A DNA stretch of 64,000 nt from assembly GCA_039818205.1 (NCBI GenBank), contig JBCBUK010000009.1, positions 147,581-211,580 on the forward strand. Reading direction: 5' to 3'. Made by a program: the position numbers and the translations under genes. Below the pieces are notes generated by a model. The model made no database searches. It saw only the letters and a list, made by a program, of their open reading frames with translations, and was not told where the DNA came from. The stretch comes from Verrucomicrobiota bacterium (GTDB taxonomy: Bacteria > Verrucomicrobiota > Verrucomicrobiia > Opitutales > Cerasicoccaceae). Position 1 is the stretch's first letter; every line of letters begins with the position of its first letter. Shown piece by piece: positions 9,066 to 19,361 of this stretch.

Positions 9066-9923
9066 ATGCGACACATTGCCATCCTCTTAATTTCCCTGCT
9101 CGGCCTGAGCGCGACACTTGTTGCGCAGCGGCCAGGCGAACGCGCACACGGCCCAAAGAAGGTTGAGCCGATTGATCAATCCGAGGCAGATGCTTTTGTT
9201 GAGGACTTTCGCAATCAGCGACTGCGCGGAGATTATATCTTCCTATTTAATCTCAACCATTTCGAGCGCCGAGGAGGCGAGGTCCCCTATGAAGGTATTT
9301 TGTGGGGAACCTGGAATGTAGAAGGACCCGTCAATCGTGTGTCGGTTTGGCCTCGCGGACAGCGTAAGACGCATTCCCGCGACTTTATTGTCCAAGGAGG
9401 CGCCGAGCCGAAGATTTGGTCCTTAGAGGACGGAGAGGTGGTCGAATTAAAGGCCAAGGATCAAGGCAAGCCGTTTTTCAAAGGGATGGTGTATACGCCA
9501 TACGATGTGGTTATGCCCTTTGCCTACTGGGAGATGTTTGACTACACCGGTTCGAAGCGTGTGCGGGGACGTCCTGCCCACCAATTTGTATTCTACGCTC
9601 CAGGCGATGTTACTCAGCGCATGCCCGACCTAGCAGCAGTCGAACTTGTCTTGGATGCAGATTTCAATGCTCCGATCAAAGCGGCCATGCTAGACGTCAA
9701 TGGCGAGGACCTCCGGACGATGGACTTTAGTGGTTTTAAGGAGATCAACGAACAGTACATCGTGAAAGAGATCGACTTGATCGACGAGCGTACCCGTGAC
9801 TATACCCGCTTTCGGGTGACGGATGCAGCGCTGGGACTCGACTTACCGGCCGAAGTTTTCGAACCCAGAGACTTATCGGAAGGTGTGCCCAGTTTGACTC
9901 GGGTGATCTTCGAGCCAGTTTAG
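9066..9923 (+). CDS. Outer-membrane lipoprotein-sorting (LolA-like) protein
   Basis: Signal peptide; C-terminal LRTMDFSGFKEINEQYIVKEIDL...T...LPAEVF pattern typical of the LolA-like family. Confidence 0.6.
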   Translation: MRHIAILLISLLGLSATLVAQRPGERAHGPKKVEPIDQSEADAFVEDFRNQRLRGDYIFLFNLNHFERRGGEVPYEGILWGTWNVEGPVNRVSVWPRGQRKTHSRDFIVQGGAEPKIWSLEDGEVVELKAKDQGKPFFKGMVYTPYDVVMPFAYWEMFDYTGSKRVRGRPAHQFVFYAPGDVTQRMPDLAAVELVLDADFNAPIKAAMLDVNGEDLRTMDFSGFKEINEQYIVKEIDLIDERTRDYTRFRVTDAALGLDLPAEVFEPRDLSEGVPSLTRVIFEPV

Positions 9924-10020
9924 TTATTAAACGAGGACCAAAGCGCGATTTGCGCAATTTTGGTGCTGATAGTCGCTTAAGGCACTTGAGGCTAAGGGAC
10001 ATTTTTGATAACATGAACCC

Positions 10021-10626
10021 ATGCGAAATTATCTTCTCCCCCTAATAGCATTTCTCGCCGGTTCGGCAGTTTCTTCAGCTCAACTCGTCACCTGGGATTT
10101 GACCAGCGGCGGGGATACTCCTAACACCTTTAGCAATATGATCGGTGCTGAGGAGACCGCGACCATCGGAGCCAACGTCCTCACAGCAACTTTGATATCA
10201 ACCACTGGTAGCGGTGGATTGGGTGACAACGGTTCTCGATTTTATATCGGCAACGCCGGTGTCGCGCCTGTAACGACGGTTGTCGACATTACCATCGTCA
10301 ACGGTGGTTTGGATCAGGAATTTACTTTTGAAGGTATCTCGTCGATGTCCTTGAATGGTGATGACGGAGGCGTGGACTCTTTTGTTGGTATGCTTGGAGT
10401 AGCTGAGGTCTGGAATATCAGCACGGCTGGCTCGGATATCACTAGTATCGCCGCGCAAGCAGGAACAATCGATAGGATTGTGTGGACCGCTAGTGGTGGT
10501 GAGTTCGGGCACTTCTTTCAGGACCTTTCGGCCAACGTTAGCGTTGTGCCTGAGCCGTCATCCTATGCTCTCACGGTTGGACTTGGCGCTCTTTGCTTCC
10601 TCGCGTGGCGACGGCGCCGTGGGTGA
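10021..10626 (+). CDS. PEP-CTERM sorting domain protein
   Basis: Signal peptide; VPEPSSYAL, TM helix, WRRRRG. Confidence 0.9.
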   Translation: MRNYLLPLIAFLAGSAVSSAQLVTWDLTSGGDTPNTFSNMIGAEETATIGANVLTATLISTTGSGGLGDNGSRFYIGNAGVAPVTTVVDITIVNGGLDQEFTFEGISSMSLNGDDGGVDSFVGMLGVAEVWNISTAGSDITSIAAQAGTIDRIVWTASGGEFGHFFQDLSANVSVVPEPSSYALTVGLGALCFLAWRRRRG

Positions 10627-10795
10627 TTACTAAGCCCCGGAATACTGGGCCCGGGCATATTTAGTTTTAACTGAGGCACAGGCGCAAAGTCTGGGCCTTT
10701 TTATTTTATATAGCGCCATGCGCAACCTGCCAACACCGGCATTTGTATTGGAAGCTGTATTGGCTGAGAGTATTCGAACGATGAATGACTCTGGA

Positions 10796-11437
10796 CTATT
10801 GAACTCCCCGCAGGTTCTCAAAAAACGATTTGAGTTTTGCGGGGTCTTTCTTGCCGGGCTCACTTTCGATACCGCTGTTCACATCAACGATCTCCGTGCC
10901 GGTTGCCTCGACGGCAGCGACAACGTTGTCGGGAGATAGCCCGCCCGCCAGGACAAACTGCTTGTGTGGGTACAGCGTTTTCCATTCGGCGAATTTCTCC
11001 CAATTGCCGGTCTGACCCGAGCCGCCATATTTATCCTTGTGGTAGGTGTCGACGAGGATTGTATCCGCAAACTCAAGAATGCTTTGGGGAAAGGGTTCGT
11101 TAGGCGGAATTTTTGGAGCAAGCCACAAACGTTCCCGACCGACAATCCCGCACCAGGCGGCGAGCGTTGCGTAGTTGGTCTCGAGGTCGCAATGGATCTG
11201 AAAAAAGTCGTAGCCGAGATCAGCCCAGTTCTCGAGCTCGTCGGTTCCGGTATTGACATCCACCATGACCCGTTTGCCAGCGGGGATTCGCTGGCAGAGA
11301 TCGAAGGCTTGATCGCGGGTGACGGCGCGGGGAGATTTCGGATAGACTATGGTGCCACAATAATCGGCTCCGAGGTCGATCACCGCGCTAACATCCGTCC
11401 ATCGGGTAAGCCCGCAGACTTTGATTTTCGGAGTCAT
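10796..11437 (-). CDS. trpF: Phosphoribosylanthranilate isomerase
   Basis: KIKVCGLT, SPR, GGSG, LAGGL, VDVNSGIE..PGKKD; start set at the ATG (11437) after a GGAGA RBS. Confidence 0.95.
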   Translation of the reverse strand: MTPKIKVCGLTRWTDVSAVIDLGADYCGTIVYPKSPRAVTRDQAFDLCQRIPAGKRVMVDVNTGTDELENWADLGYDFFQIHCDLETNYATLAAWCGIVGRERLWLAPKIPPNEPFPQSILEFADTILVDTYHKDKYGGSGQTGNWEKFAEWKTLYPHKQFVLAGGLSPDNVVAAVEATGTEIVDVNSGIESEPGKKDPAKLKSFFENLRGVQ

Positions 11438-11450
11438 ATCTCCTAACTCA

Positions 11451-12638
11451 TTAAAACGCGTTCCAGATGGCGTCAATGTCGACGTTATCTAGAATCAGAT
11501 TTTGAATAATTGGAATCTTGTCCGTGTCCTGAGGCTGAGTCTTGACCGTCATGGAATTGATGCGGCTGGCCACGGAGTAACTCTCTTCGCTGCAAATGAC
11601 GCAAGGGATCTTGGTTTGCGCGAGCATTTCCATGAGCTTCGGATGCGGCAGGATATTGCGAGTCAGCACGATGCCGCTCACAACCTTTTTGCCAGAGATA
11701 CCGGCGCTTGCGATCGCGGAGAAAATTATGTCATCCCGGTCGCCCGGTGTAATGATCAGCACGCCTGGCTGCAGGTAGTCGATGACTCCCTTTGCGGTCA
11801 TCGCACCGATGACGACGCGCAGAATACGTTCGTTGGCGGCTTGTTCGCGTCCATTGATCCAGCGACCACCAATCTCGTCGACGATTTGAGAAAGGTTCGG
11901 CGCGGCGAGCTGCTTTGCGAGTGGAAGCACGCCGAGCAGGGGAACGCCGAGTCGCTTGAGACCTGCGCCTGCGTAGGTGCGAATCGTGTCGATTTTTTCT
12001 GGGAGCACCTTGTTCAAGATGGCTCCGATGACTTCAACGCCGTGCTTGTCGAAGAGTGCCTTGTTGATCGCAATCTCATCAACGGGTCGCCCGATTCCAC
12101 CTTGGGCGACGACGATTGCTTTGGCCCCGAGGAGTTTGGCGACTTGGGCGTTAGAAAGGTCAAATACGGCTCCGACACCAGCGTGTCCACTGCCTTCGAT
12201 GATACAGACTTCCTTCTCATAGGCTGCGCGGTCGAACGCGCGGCTGATCCGGTCCTGCAAAATGCCGAGGTTCTCTTCCGGGTTGTCGAGGAAGCGCCGG
12301 GTAAACGTGCCGTCAACGGCAACGGGGCTCATCGCATCGATCGGCGTTTGGACGTCATAGATGGAATCGAGGAGGACGGAATCCTCATCGACCCGATGGC
12401 CGTCTTTTTCCACGAAACGCTGGCCGACGGGCTTGATGAAGCCTACCTCCGGGGTGCGGGTGCGCATGGCTCCGTAAAGGCCAAGGCTAGTCGTTGTTTT
12501 ACCGTCGTTCTGGCGCGTTGCGGCGACAAAAATACGTTTGGTGGTCGTGTTACGCGGTCCGCTCAGGAGTTGAGAGATATCCTCATCTCCTGGGAATGGG
12601 CGCGACGTAATCGTTTTCTTTTTCTTGGAATTTGGCAT
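11451..12638 (-). CDS. BioD-like P-loop plus DRTGG domain protein (stand-alone Pta N-terminal region)
   Basis: DGKTT, FIKPVG, IEGSGH, ILNKV and PGDRDDI motifs. Confidence 0.85.
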   Translation of the reverse strand: MPNSKKKKTITSRPFPGDEDISQLLSGPRNTTTKRIFVAATRQNDGKTTTSLGLYGAMRTRTPEVGFIKPVGQRFVEKDGHRVDEDSVLLDSIYDVQTPIDAMSPVAVDGTFTRRFLDNPEENLGILQDRISRAFDRAAYEKEVCIIEGSGHAGVGAVFDLSNAQVAKLLGAKAIVVAQGGIGRPVDEIAINKALFDKHGVEVIGAILNKVLPEKIDTIRTYAGAGLKRLGVPLLGVLPLAKQLAAPNLSQIVDEIGGRWINGREQAANERILRVVIGAMTAKGVIDYLQPGVLIITPGDRDDIIFSAIASAGISGKKVVSGIVLTRNILPHPKLMEMLAQTKIPCVICSEESYSVASRINSMTVKTQPQDTDKIPIIQNLILDNVDIDAIWNAF

Positions 12639-12653
12639 GGTGCGACCGAAAGC

Positions 12654-13688
12654 TTACTCCATTGGAAAGAGATACTTCGGGTCGACGGCTTGGGCTGCCA
12701 CGATCACCGATGCACCAAAAATATCGTGAGCACTAGCACCGCGAGAAATCTCAGCGGCGGGTTTGGATAGGCCAGTGATAATTTGGCCGTAGGCGCGGCA
12801 ATCAGCAACGATCTGGGCGAGCTTGGCAGCAATGTTTCCAGAGTTCAGGTCGGGGAAGATCAATACATTGGCTTTTCCCGCAACCGAGCTGGAGATGCCT
12901 TTTTGTTCGGCGACGCCCTCAATCAAGGCCGCGTCTACCTGGAGCTCGCCATCGATGTCGACGTTGATACCCAGGCTGCGGGCCTTATCACGTGCCAGGG
13001 CGGTTGCGGACTTCATTTTGAGGAGCGAAGGATTCTTCGTTCCTTCTTTCTTACTCGCATAACTCAGCATCGCAACTCGTGGTTGTTCGTTGGTGAGGTG
13101 CTTGGCGAGCAGGGCAGTGGTAATCGCCATATCCGAGAGTTGATTCTGATTTGGGTCGGGGATAACGCCACAGTCGGAAAGGAACAGGGCACCCTCGACA
13201 CCGATGCGCTCATCTTCCTTCTCCAGGATGAGAATGGAGGAGGCCGTATCGACGCTCTTTTGCATCGGGATGATGCGGAAAAGCGGGCGCAGGGCACTGG
13301 AAGCCGAGTCAGTCGCACCAGAAACAAGCGCATCAGCGCTGTTGGTGGCGAGCATCATGGTGGCGAAATAGGATGTGTTGAGCAAGTACTCGCGAGCTTC
13401 TTGCTGATTGAATCCGCGAAAACGGCGCAATCCTTGAAACTTTTGGATAAAACCCTCCATGTGATCGCTATCGCCCGGTTCGAGGATACGGATTCCGTCG
13501 AGTTTGATGTCGAGCTGCTCGGCCCGCTTCTTAATGGTGCTGCGGTCACCCAAGAGGATAGGGGCACCGAGTCCGCGGTTTACAAATAGACGGGCGGCTT
13601 GAATTATTCGGGGATCCGCACCTTCCGCATAAACAATGCGCTTGGGGTGGTTTTGCAGACGAATGGATAAACGATTGATCAGAGACAT
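12654..13688 (-). CDS. pta: Phosphate acetyltransferase (catalytic domain only)
   Basis: RIVYAEGAD.RI, DALVSGA, DGELQVDAA, LIFPDLNSGNI, EISRG. Confidence 0.88.
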   Translation of the reverse strand: MSLINRLSIRLQNHPKRIVYAEGADPRIIQAARLFVNRGLGAPILLGDRSTIKKRAEQLDIKLDGIRILEPGDSDHMEGFIQKFQGLRRFRGFNQQEAREYLLNTSYFATMMLATNSADALVSGATDSASSALRPLFRIIPMQKSVDTASSILILEKEDERIGVEGALFLSDCGVIPDPNQNQLSDMAITTALLAKHLTNEQPRVAMLSYASKKEGTKNPSLLKMKSATALARDKARSLGINVDIDGELQVDAALIEGVAEQKGISSSVAGKANVLIFPDLNSGNIAAKLAQIVADCRAYGQIITGLSKPAAEISRGASAHDIFGASVIVAAQAVDPKYLFPME

Positions 13689-13773
13689 CTTGAAAGTTTC
13701 AGGTTGTCGGCGAATGACTTATGAAACTGTATAGCAAAGAGAAGACCATGAAGGAAGCAAACTAAATCCCATC

Positions 13774-15366
13774 GTGTCAAAACGCCTGCAAAGTATTATC
13801 ACTGTTTCGGCCAGTATTCTCGGTTCGCGGGTACTTGGCTTGGTCCGTGATTCAATGACGGCCGCGTTCCTTGGGGTTTCGCTTGCTAGTAACGCGTTCT
13901 TATTCGCATTTGCGATTCCGAATCTGTTCCGGCGTCTATTTGGGGAGGGCGCTTTGACCTCGGCGTTCATCCCGGTGCTCTCGGATCGGCTGCAGAGCGG
14001 GGAAGGCGATGCTGCGGCGTACCGTTTCGTGAACCAAGTGCTACTGAGGCTGGTCGTGGTGACGGTCGGATTGGCGATTGTTCTCGGGCTCTTGTTTTTC
14101 GCGGCTTCAGTCTATTTTTCGCATCGCTTGGGTGAGGATGGCAATTGGTCGCAACCCATGGCGGAGCAATGGTTTCTCGGAAGTTTGCTAAGTGTGCTTC
14201 TAATTCCTTATATGCCAATCATTTGTGTAACCGCGATCCTTGGTGCGGTTTTGAACACGCGAAACCGTTTTGCGGTCCCGGCACTTTCAAACGTTCTGCT
14301 AAACGTTGGGATGATCAGCGCATTGATCTTGGGTGGATTGACAATGAAGCTGCCCGCAGAGCAGTTGGTGTGGTGGCTGAGCATCGGGGTCCTTGTTGGC
14401 GGATGCCTTCAACTGCTTTCGGCTTTGGTTGCGTTGTGGTTTGAGGGCTGGCGCCCTCGGATCGAACGAGGACCGGTGGAAGGAATGGATGCCCTCATGC
14501 GTTTGTTTATCCCCAGTTTGTGGGGTGCTGCGATTTTGCAGGTGAATATTTTGGTTTCGCGGCTACTCGCCTTTGGCCTGAATGAAACCGCGACCACAAC
14601 TCTAAACTACGCACACCGGCTGATTGAATTGCCGCTCGGGATGTTCGCGGTCGCCATTGCAACGGTGATCTTTCCCCAGATGAGTTTGATGGTTTCCTCG
14701 GATGACCGGGAAGGCTTGATCGATTCCTATGGCCACGGGATGCGTCTAACCATCGCATTGATTGCGCCTGCGGCCGTGGGTTTGATTGTATTGAACGAGC
14801 CGATCATACAGTTGTTGTTCCAGTGGGGGCGGTTTACCTCCGAGGACGTTGCGTTAACCGGGCCGCTCCTGCTGATTTTGGCGATGGCGACACCGATGTA
14901 TGCGATTATTACGCTCAATACACGAGCCTTCCATGCGATGAAGGATACCCGAACGCCGGTCCTTTATGCCGGGGTCGCTTTTCTGGTAAACCTGGTGGCA
15001 AGTTTAGCTCTGATGGGGCCGTTTCAAGCCCGTGGTTTGGCCTTGGCAGGTTTGCTTTCGGCGGTGATTCATGCGGCCTTGGTTGTGCGCGGTCTCGCTA
15101 AGGCGCGTCCCGAGCTCTCGAAAGCGAATATTGGGCGTGCCCTGCGAATTGTATTGGTTTCCTCAGTTGGCATGGCTTTGGTGGCATTTTTTGCGTCCGA
15201 AGGTATCGAGGCGCTGTTCGGGACAACGAAGCAGGCGTCACTCATCATCTGTGTTGGGGTCATTCCGCTCGCCGCTGCGGTGTATTTTGCCCTGCTGTTC
15301 GCCTTGAAGTTTGAGGATCGGCATGAAGTGGTGTCGCTAACCAAGCGGCTGATTGGTAAGACCTAG
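13774..15366 (+). CDS. murJ: Lipid II flippase MurJ
   Basis: SRVLGLVRD, AFAIPNLFRRLFGEGALTSAFIP, RLIELPLG, DTRTP; polytopic. Confidence 0.95.
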   Translation: MSKRLQSIITVSASILGSRVLGLVRDSMTAAFLGVSLASNAFLFAFAIPNLFRRLFGEGALTSAFIPVLSDRLQSGEGDAAAYRFVNQVLLRLVVVTVGLAIVLGLLFFAASVYFSHRLGEDGNWSQPMAEQWFLGSLLSVLLIPYMPIICVTAILGAVLNTRNRFAVPALSNVLLNVGMISALILGGLTMKLPAEQLVWWLSIGVLVGGCLQLLSALVALWFEGWRPRIERGPVEGMDALMRLFIPSLWGAAILQVNILVSRLLAFGLNETATTTLNYAHRLIELPLGMFAVAIATVIFPQMSLMVSSDDREGLIDSYGHGMRLTIALIAPAAVGLIVLNEPIIQLLFQWGRFTSEDVALTGPLLLILAMATPMYAIITLNTRAFHAMKDTRTPVLYAGVAFLVNLVASLALMGPFQARGLALAGLLSAVIHAALVVRGLAKARPELSKANIGRALRIVLVSSVGMALVAFFASEGIEALFGTTKQASLIICVGVIPLAAAVYFALLFALKFEDRHEVVSLTKRLIGKT

Positions 15367-15849
15367 CGGAGATCGATATGATTGAGCGGCCAAGTCCGCC
15401 TTTGGAGGATCATTTGCTGCCGGATTTAGAGCTGACTGCCGATCCGAATACTCCGGGTGCGGTCTGCAATGCGTCCCATCACAATTGCTCCTGTTGTTAA
15501 GGGATAATAGTTCATCACATACGTGCTTGTAATGACTCACGGACCGTTTGGCGTTAGCTCGCGCTTCGTTGGCTCACGCCTGCGAGGGCTTTCTGCAACA
15601 ATCGGCAAATTAAGGCTTTGCACATTTTATCATAAAGATTGCGCAAATATGGTATACGTTGTCGAACCAGCCTCTTGAATAACGGAGTCGCAGGGTATAT
15701 ATTCCCGAGGTTGCTGATTTGGCCTAGTTTCTCCCTTAACAAACGCTGCCATTTGCTTCGGCAACACTTCTTCCGCTTCATTTATCGCCAGCCGCAAACG
15801 CTGGTTTTGCTCTACCTAGAAAAGCCTACCCACGTTAACTCCCAGAATT

Positions 15850-17928
15850 ATGAGTCCCCTAAGATCTCTTGCTTCTTGGGCGGTGGTACTATGTGCCGTT
15901 GTCCAGGCTTTCGCGCAAATCCCACAGTCGAACTTTCGCAGTTCCGACCGCCTCGCAATTTCTTCCGATGGTAACCCCCGTGTCGATATCCTGGTGCCCA
16001 ACCGGGTGATCCATCCCCAGGGCGGTTTCCGCGCCGTTGGTGATTCCTTTACGTTGGATCCCGATGATATTCCAGCCATGCCGCTGAGCCTCGCAATAAT
16101 CGCGAACGCGGATCTTCAAAGCAAGTTGGTGCACTATCACTATAATTGTGGATTCGTTCCTGAAAACATTGCAGCGCGCAATTTTCCGAATCGTATGAAG
16201 ATTGCGATCGATGAAAACACTCCGCTCACCCTCGGTTCTCAAGCGAACTCAATGGTATTTGATTCCTGGGATGTTCCGCAGGCAACGATCAATCATTTAG
16301 CGGATCAGATCAACCAATCGACGGCAGATTCGCATCTGTACATTATGTTGGCGGGACCGGCTGATATTGTTTACCAGGCCATTGCTGCGGCTCAACAGAG
16401 TAAGCGCCAATACATCCACATTGTATCGCATAGTGGTTGGAACGAGAGCACGAAGTTCCTAACCGAGCAACATACCTTGAGCGATATCAAACAGGATTTT
16501 CCGGCCGTGAACAACATCCGGATTGGAAACCAAAACGTGCAACTCAATACGATTGGGAATGCGACTTGGGCCCAACGTGGCGACCGCAACAATGCGATCT
16601 TCAATGCTTGGCGGTGGATGGATCAACCAAGTGAAAATGGCTTGAGTGGATTGACGCTCGCTCTCGATCGCATCTTTGAAAGCATGGTCCAATATCGAGT
16701 CCCGGATGTGTCGGATGCTGGCATGATTTGGTGGACGCTTAAACTGGACCCGACCAGCGCCGCCGCCGATGGAAGCAACTCGAGCTATGTAACTCCAGCA
16801 CAGTTAGAGACCTTTTTCGCCCGGGGTGGATCTGACGCAACCCAGGAGAGTGTTGACTGCTCGCAGTTGCCATCGTCGGTTTCGTCAAAAACGGCATACA
16901 CCGTGACCTTGGGCTATACCGCCAACCAACCCCGCGACCTCGTGGTGGCATTCTATGACAATGGAACGTGGATTGCGGCCGGTAGAACAACCGTTAGTTC
17001 TGGAACAGGAACAACCGATGTTACAATCAATCTGCCATCGGCCCCTGCTGTAGGTAGTGGATATGAATGGCGGTCCGCCATTCGCGAGGTTGGCCAAGGT
17101 TGGCAGACGAACAAGGACACCTGTAGTGAAGTCTTTACGGTTGCTGGTGGAACTACACCAGGCTCGGACACAGTTTCTTGCGCCGAATTGCCGGTAGCGG
17201 TTGCGTCGCAAACGAACTATGCGGTTTCCGTTCCCTACACGGCGACGGAATCGCGCGACATTGTGGTTGAGTTTTGGGACAGTAGTTGGCTCTCGCAGGG
17301 TAAGACGACGGTGAGTGCGGGTTCGGGCACAGCCACGGTAAATATTACCCTCCCCAGTGCGCCTCCAGAAGGGAGCAATTACTTGTTCAAAGTCGGAATT
17401 CGCCCGCTCGGGGGCGATTGGCAATCGCGGTTTGATTTTTGTCAGGAACCCTTTTCGGTCAGTGGCAGTTCCAGCACCCCGCAGGCGTCGTCGTTTGGGC
17501 CAATTGACGATGCCTACTTGCAAGGCAGCACGGCGTTCAACAACAACCTCCTGAAGGTGGAAGCGAACAACCGCACGAGCTATCTCAAGTTTAACGTGAC
17601 CGGCGTCGGGAACGTGACCAGTGCCACCCTGACGTTAACGGTTGCCGGTGATGCCGGGAACGGAACGATTCGCGTACATCAAGGCGCCAGCAATAGTTGG
17701 ACGCAAGCTAACCTATCGACTGGCAATGCACCTGGGAAGGGCGTGTTACTCGGCACCGTGACTGGATCGTTCGGCCTAGGTGCCCCGGTTGATATCGATC
17801 TCGGTAGTTCCATCGACAACGGTGTCAGCTCTCTGGTTGTGTCGATGGATGGTGGTGGGAATGACGCCTGGTTCTCATCGCTGGAGGGCGTTACCACTCC
17901 GCAGTTGACTATTTCTCATTTGCCCTAA
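15850..17928 (+). CDS. Secreted multidomain protein: unknown N-terminal domain, two Ig-like repeats, C-terminal CBM96/DNRLRE-like module
   Basis: Signal peptide; two ~105-aa repeats (YTA..RD.VV.F....W...G.TTVS.G.GT..V.I.LPSAP); DDAYLQ...SYLKF C-terminal domain. Confidence 0.65.
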   Translation: MSPLRSLASWAVVLCAVVQAFAQIPQSNFRSSDRLAISSDGNPRVDILVPNRVIHPQGGFRAVGDSFTLDPDDIPAMPLSLAIIANADLQSKLVHYHYNCGFVPENIAARNFPNRMKIAIDENTPLTLGSQANSMVFDSWDVPQATINHLADQINQSTADSHLYIMLAGPADIVYQAIAAAQQSKRQYIHIVSHSGWNESTKFLTEQHTLSDIKQDFPAVNNIRIGNQNVQLNTIGNATWAQRGDRNNAIFNAWRWMDQPSENGLSGLTLALDRIFESMVQYRVPDVSDAGMIWWTLKLDPTSAAADGSNSSYVTPAQLETFFARGGSDATQESVDCSQLPSSVSSKTAYTVTLGYTANQPRDLVVAFYDNGTWIAAGRTTVSSGTGTTDVTINLPSAPAVGSGYEWRSAIREVGQGWQTNKDTCSEVFTVAGGTTPGSDTVSCAELPVAVASQTNYAVSVPYTATESRDIVVEFWDSSWLSQGKTTVSAGSGTATVNITLPSAPPEGSNYLFKVGIRPLGGDWQSRFDFCQEPFSVSGSSSTPQASSFGPIDDAYLQGSTAFNNNLLKVEANNRTSYLKFNVTGVGNVTSATLTLTVAGDAGNGTIRVHQGASNSWTQANLSTGNAPGKGVLLGTVTGSFGLGAPVDIDLGSSIDNGVSSLVVSMDGGGNDAWFSSLEGVTTPQLTISHLP

Positions 17929-17945
17929 GGGGGAATTCAGTCACG

Positions 17946-17987
17946 CGGGCGTCCAACAAACCCCGGTTGGGCGCCCGTTTTCTATTT
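17946..17987 (+). terminator. Intrinsic terminator
   Basis: CGGGCGTCCAAC...GTTGGGCGCCCG hairpin followed by TTTTCTATTT, just after the stop at 17928. Confidence 0.8.
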
Positions 17988-18151
17988 CGAATATTGAAGC
18001 CAATCGAGATGGTGGCGCTATTTTAAAACGTTGCCTTCTGGGCTCGAGCAGGTTGTTTGTGTCCATCAAATTGATGGTCGCTTTAGATTGCACGAATCCG
18101 GGCCTTGAACTGGCTGAAAAATGCACCGAATCGGTGCGGGAGCTTTGAACT

Positions 18152-19291
18152 ATGCGTGTGTGTTTGGTTACTCCGCAAAAAATCGGCGTGAGCGAGACCT
18201 TTATCCGGGCCCATATCGATTCGTTGCCGCACGATGTGACTTACATTTATGGATATCAGAATCGGTGTTCTTGGGAGGACAAACCGCTGCGGCAAATCGA
18301 TCCAGTGGCCAGTGTTCCGCGACCAAAGTGGTTAGACTTGTTGCCTCGAGTATTGGAGTTTCGTCTTAGCCGGAAATGGTATCCAACTCAGTCGGACGAC
18401 GATATTCTCGAGCGGTTTTTGCGGAAGAATCAGATAGAGGTCGTGCTAGCCGAGTACGGAACGACGGCTTCGTTTATCACGCCGATATGTCGTAAGCTTG
18501 GCATTCCATTGGTTGCGCACTTCCATGGAATCGATGCTTCTCATTACAAGGTCTTGAACGACTTTAAGGAGGGGTATCGTGCGCTGTTTGATTACGCCTC
18601 AACAATTGTGGCGGTATCGAATGCGATGAAAGAGAACCTGGTTGCGGAAGGTTGCGCAGCGGAGAAAATTATCTGCAATCCGTGTTCGCCGGCGGATCAC
18701 TTTTTCGAAATTTCGCCGAACTATGAATCCAATACGATCTTAGCGGTCGGAAGGCAGACCGCCAAGAAGGCACCGTATTTGACCCTGGATGCATTTCGAT
18801 TAGCAGTGGAACGGCGGCCAGAATTGCGTCTGTGTTTGATTGGCGATGGTGAATTGTCGGAGGTTTCAGAGAACCTGGTGAAGGCGTGGGGTTTGCAAGA
18901 CAAAGTGGATTTAGTTGGTGCCGCCGAGCCGGCTCAGATTCAGGCGAAAATGCGTGAGTCGTTTCTGTTTGTACAGCATTCGATTCGGGCAAAGAATGGT
19001 GATTCCGAGGGAATGCCGGTCGCCGTTATGGAAGCGAGTGCGGCAGGCCTTCCAGTTGTTTCAACCAAACATGCGGGGATACCGGAGGTCATTCAGAACG
19101 ATATGAATGGATTTGTCGTGGAGCCAGGTGACACACAATCGATGGCAAAGCACATCGTTCAGCTCGCCGATGATCGGGGACTTTGCCAGAAGCTGGGCCA
19201 GGAAGGGCGTCGCTTGGTAGCGGAAAACTTTAGCATGGAAAAGCATATCCAGCGGTTGGATGAGGCCCTATGCTCTGCCGCTAAGCGCTAG
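18152..19291 (+). CDS. GT4 family glycosyltransferase
   Basis: HFHGID, VGRQTAKK, DSEGMPVAVMEASAAGLPVVST (ExE7E-type motif). Confidence 0.9.
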   Translation: MRVCLVTPQKIGVSETFIRAHIDSLPHDVTYIYGYQNRCSWEDKPLRQIDPVASVPRPKWLDLLPRVLEFRLSRKWYPTQSDDDILERFLRKNQIEVVLAEYGTTASFITPICRKLGIPLVAHFHGIDASHYKVLNDFKEGYRALFDYASTIVAVSNAMKENLVAEGCAAEKIICNPCSPADHFFEISPNYESNTILAVGRQTAKKAPYLTLDAFRLAVERRPELRLCLIGDGELSEVSENLVKAWGLQDKVDLVGAAEPAQIQAKMRESFLFVQHSIRAKNGDSEGMPVAVMEASAAGLPVVSTKHAGIPEVIQNDMNGFVVEPGDTQSMAKHIVQLADDRGLCQKLGQEGRRLVAENFSMEKHIQRLDEALCSAAKR

Positions 19292-19361
19292 TCGAAACAG
19301 AGCCAGGCAATACTATCTTTTTATAACTTTGCAGCCGATGGAATTCGCCGTATACGGAGGG

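Noticed and set aside
11502..13589. Long plus-strand ORFs 11502-12770 and 12783-13589
   Set aside because: Antisense shadows of the well-supported DRTGG and pta genes, with no recognisable motifs.
15550..15586. Imperfect inverted repeats between murJ and the secreted protein
   Set aside because: Short and mismatched, with no second copy noticed and no clear attC or terminator layout.
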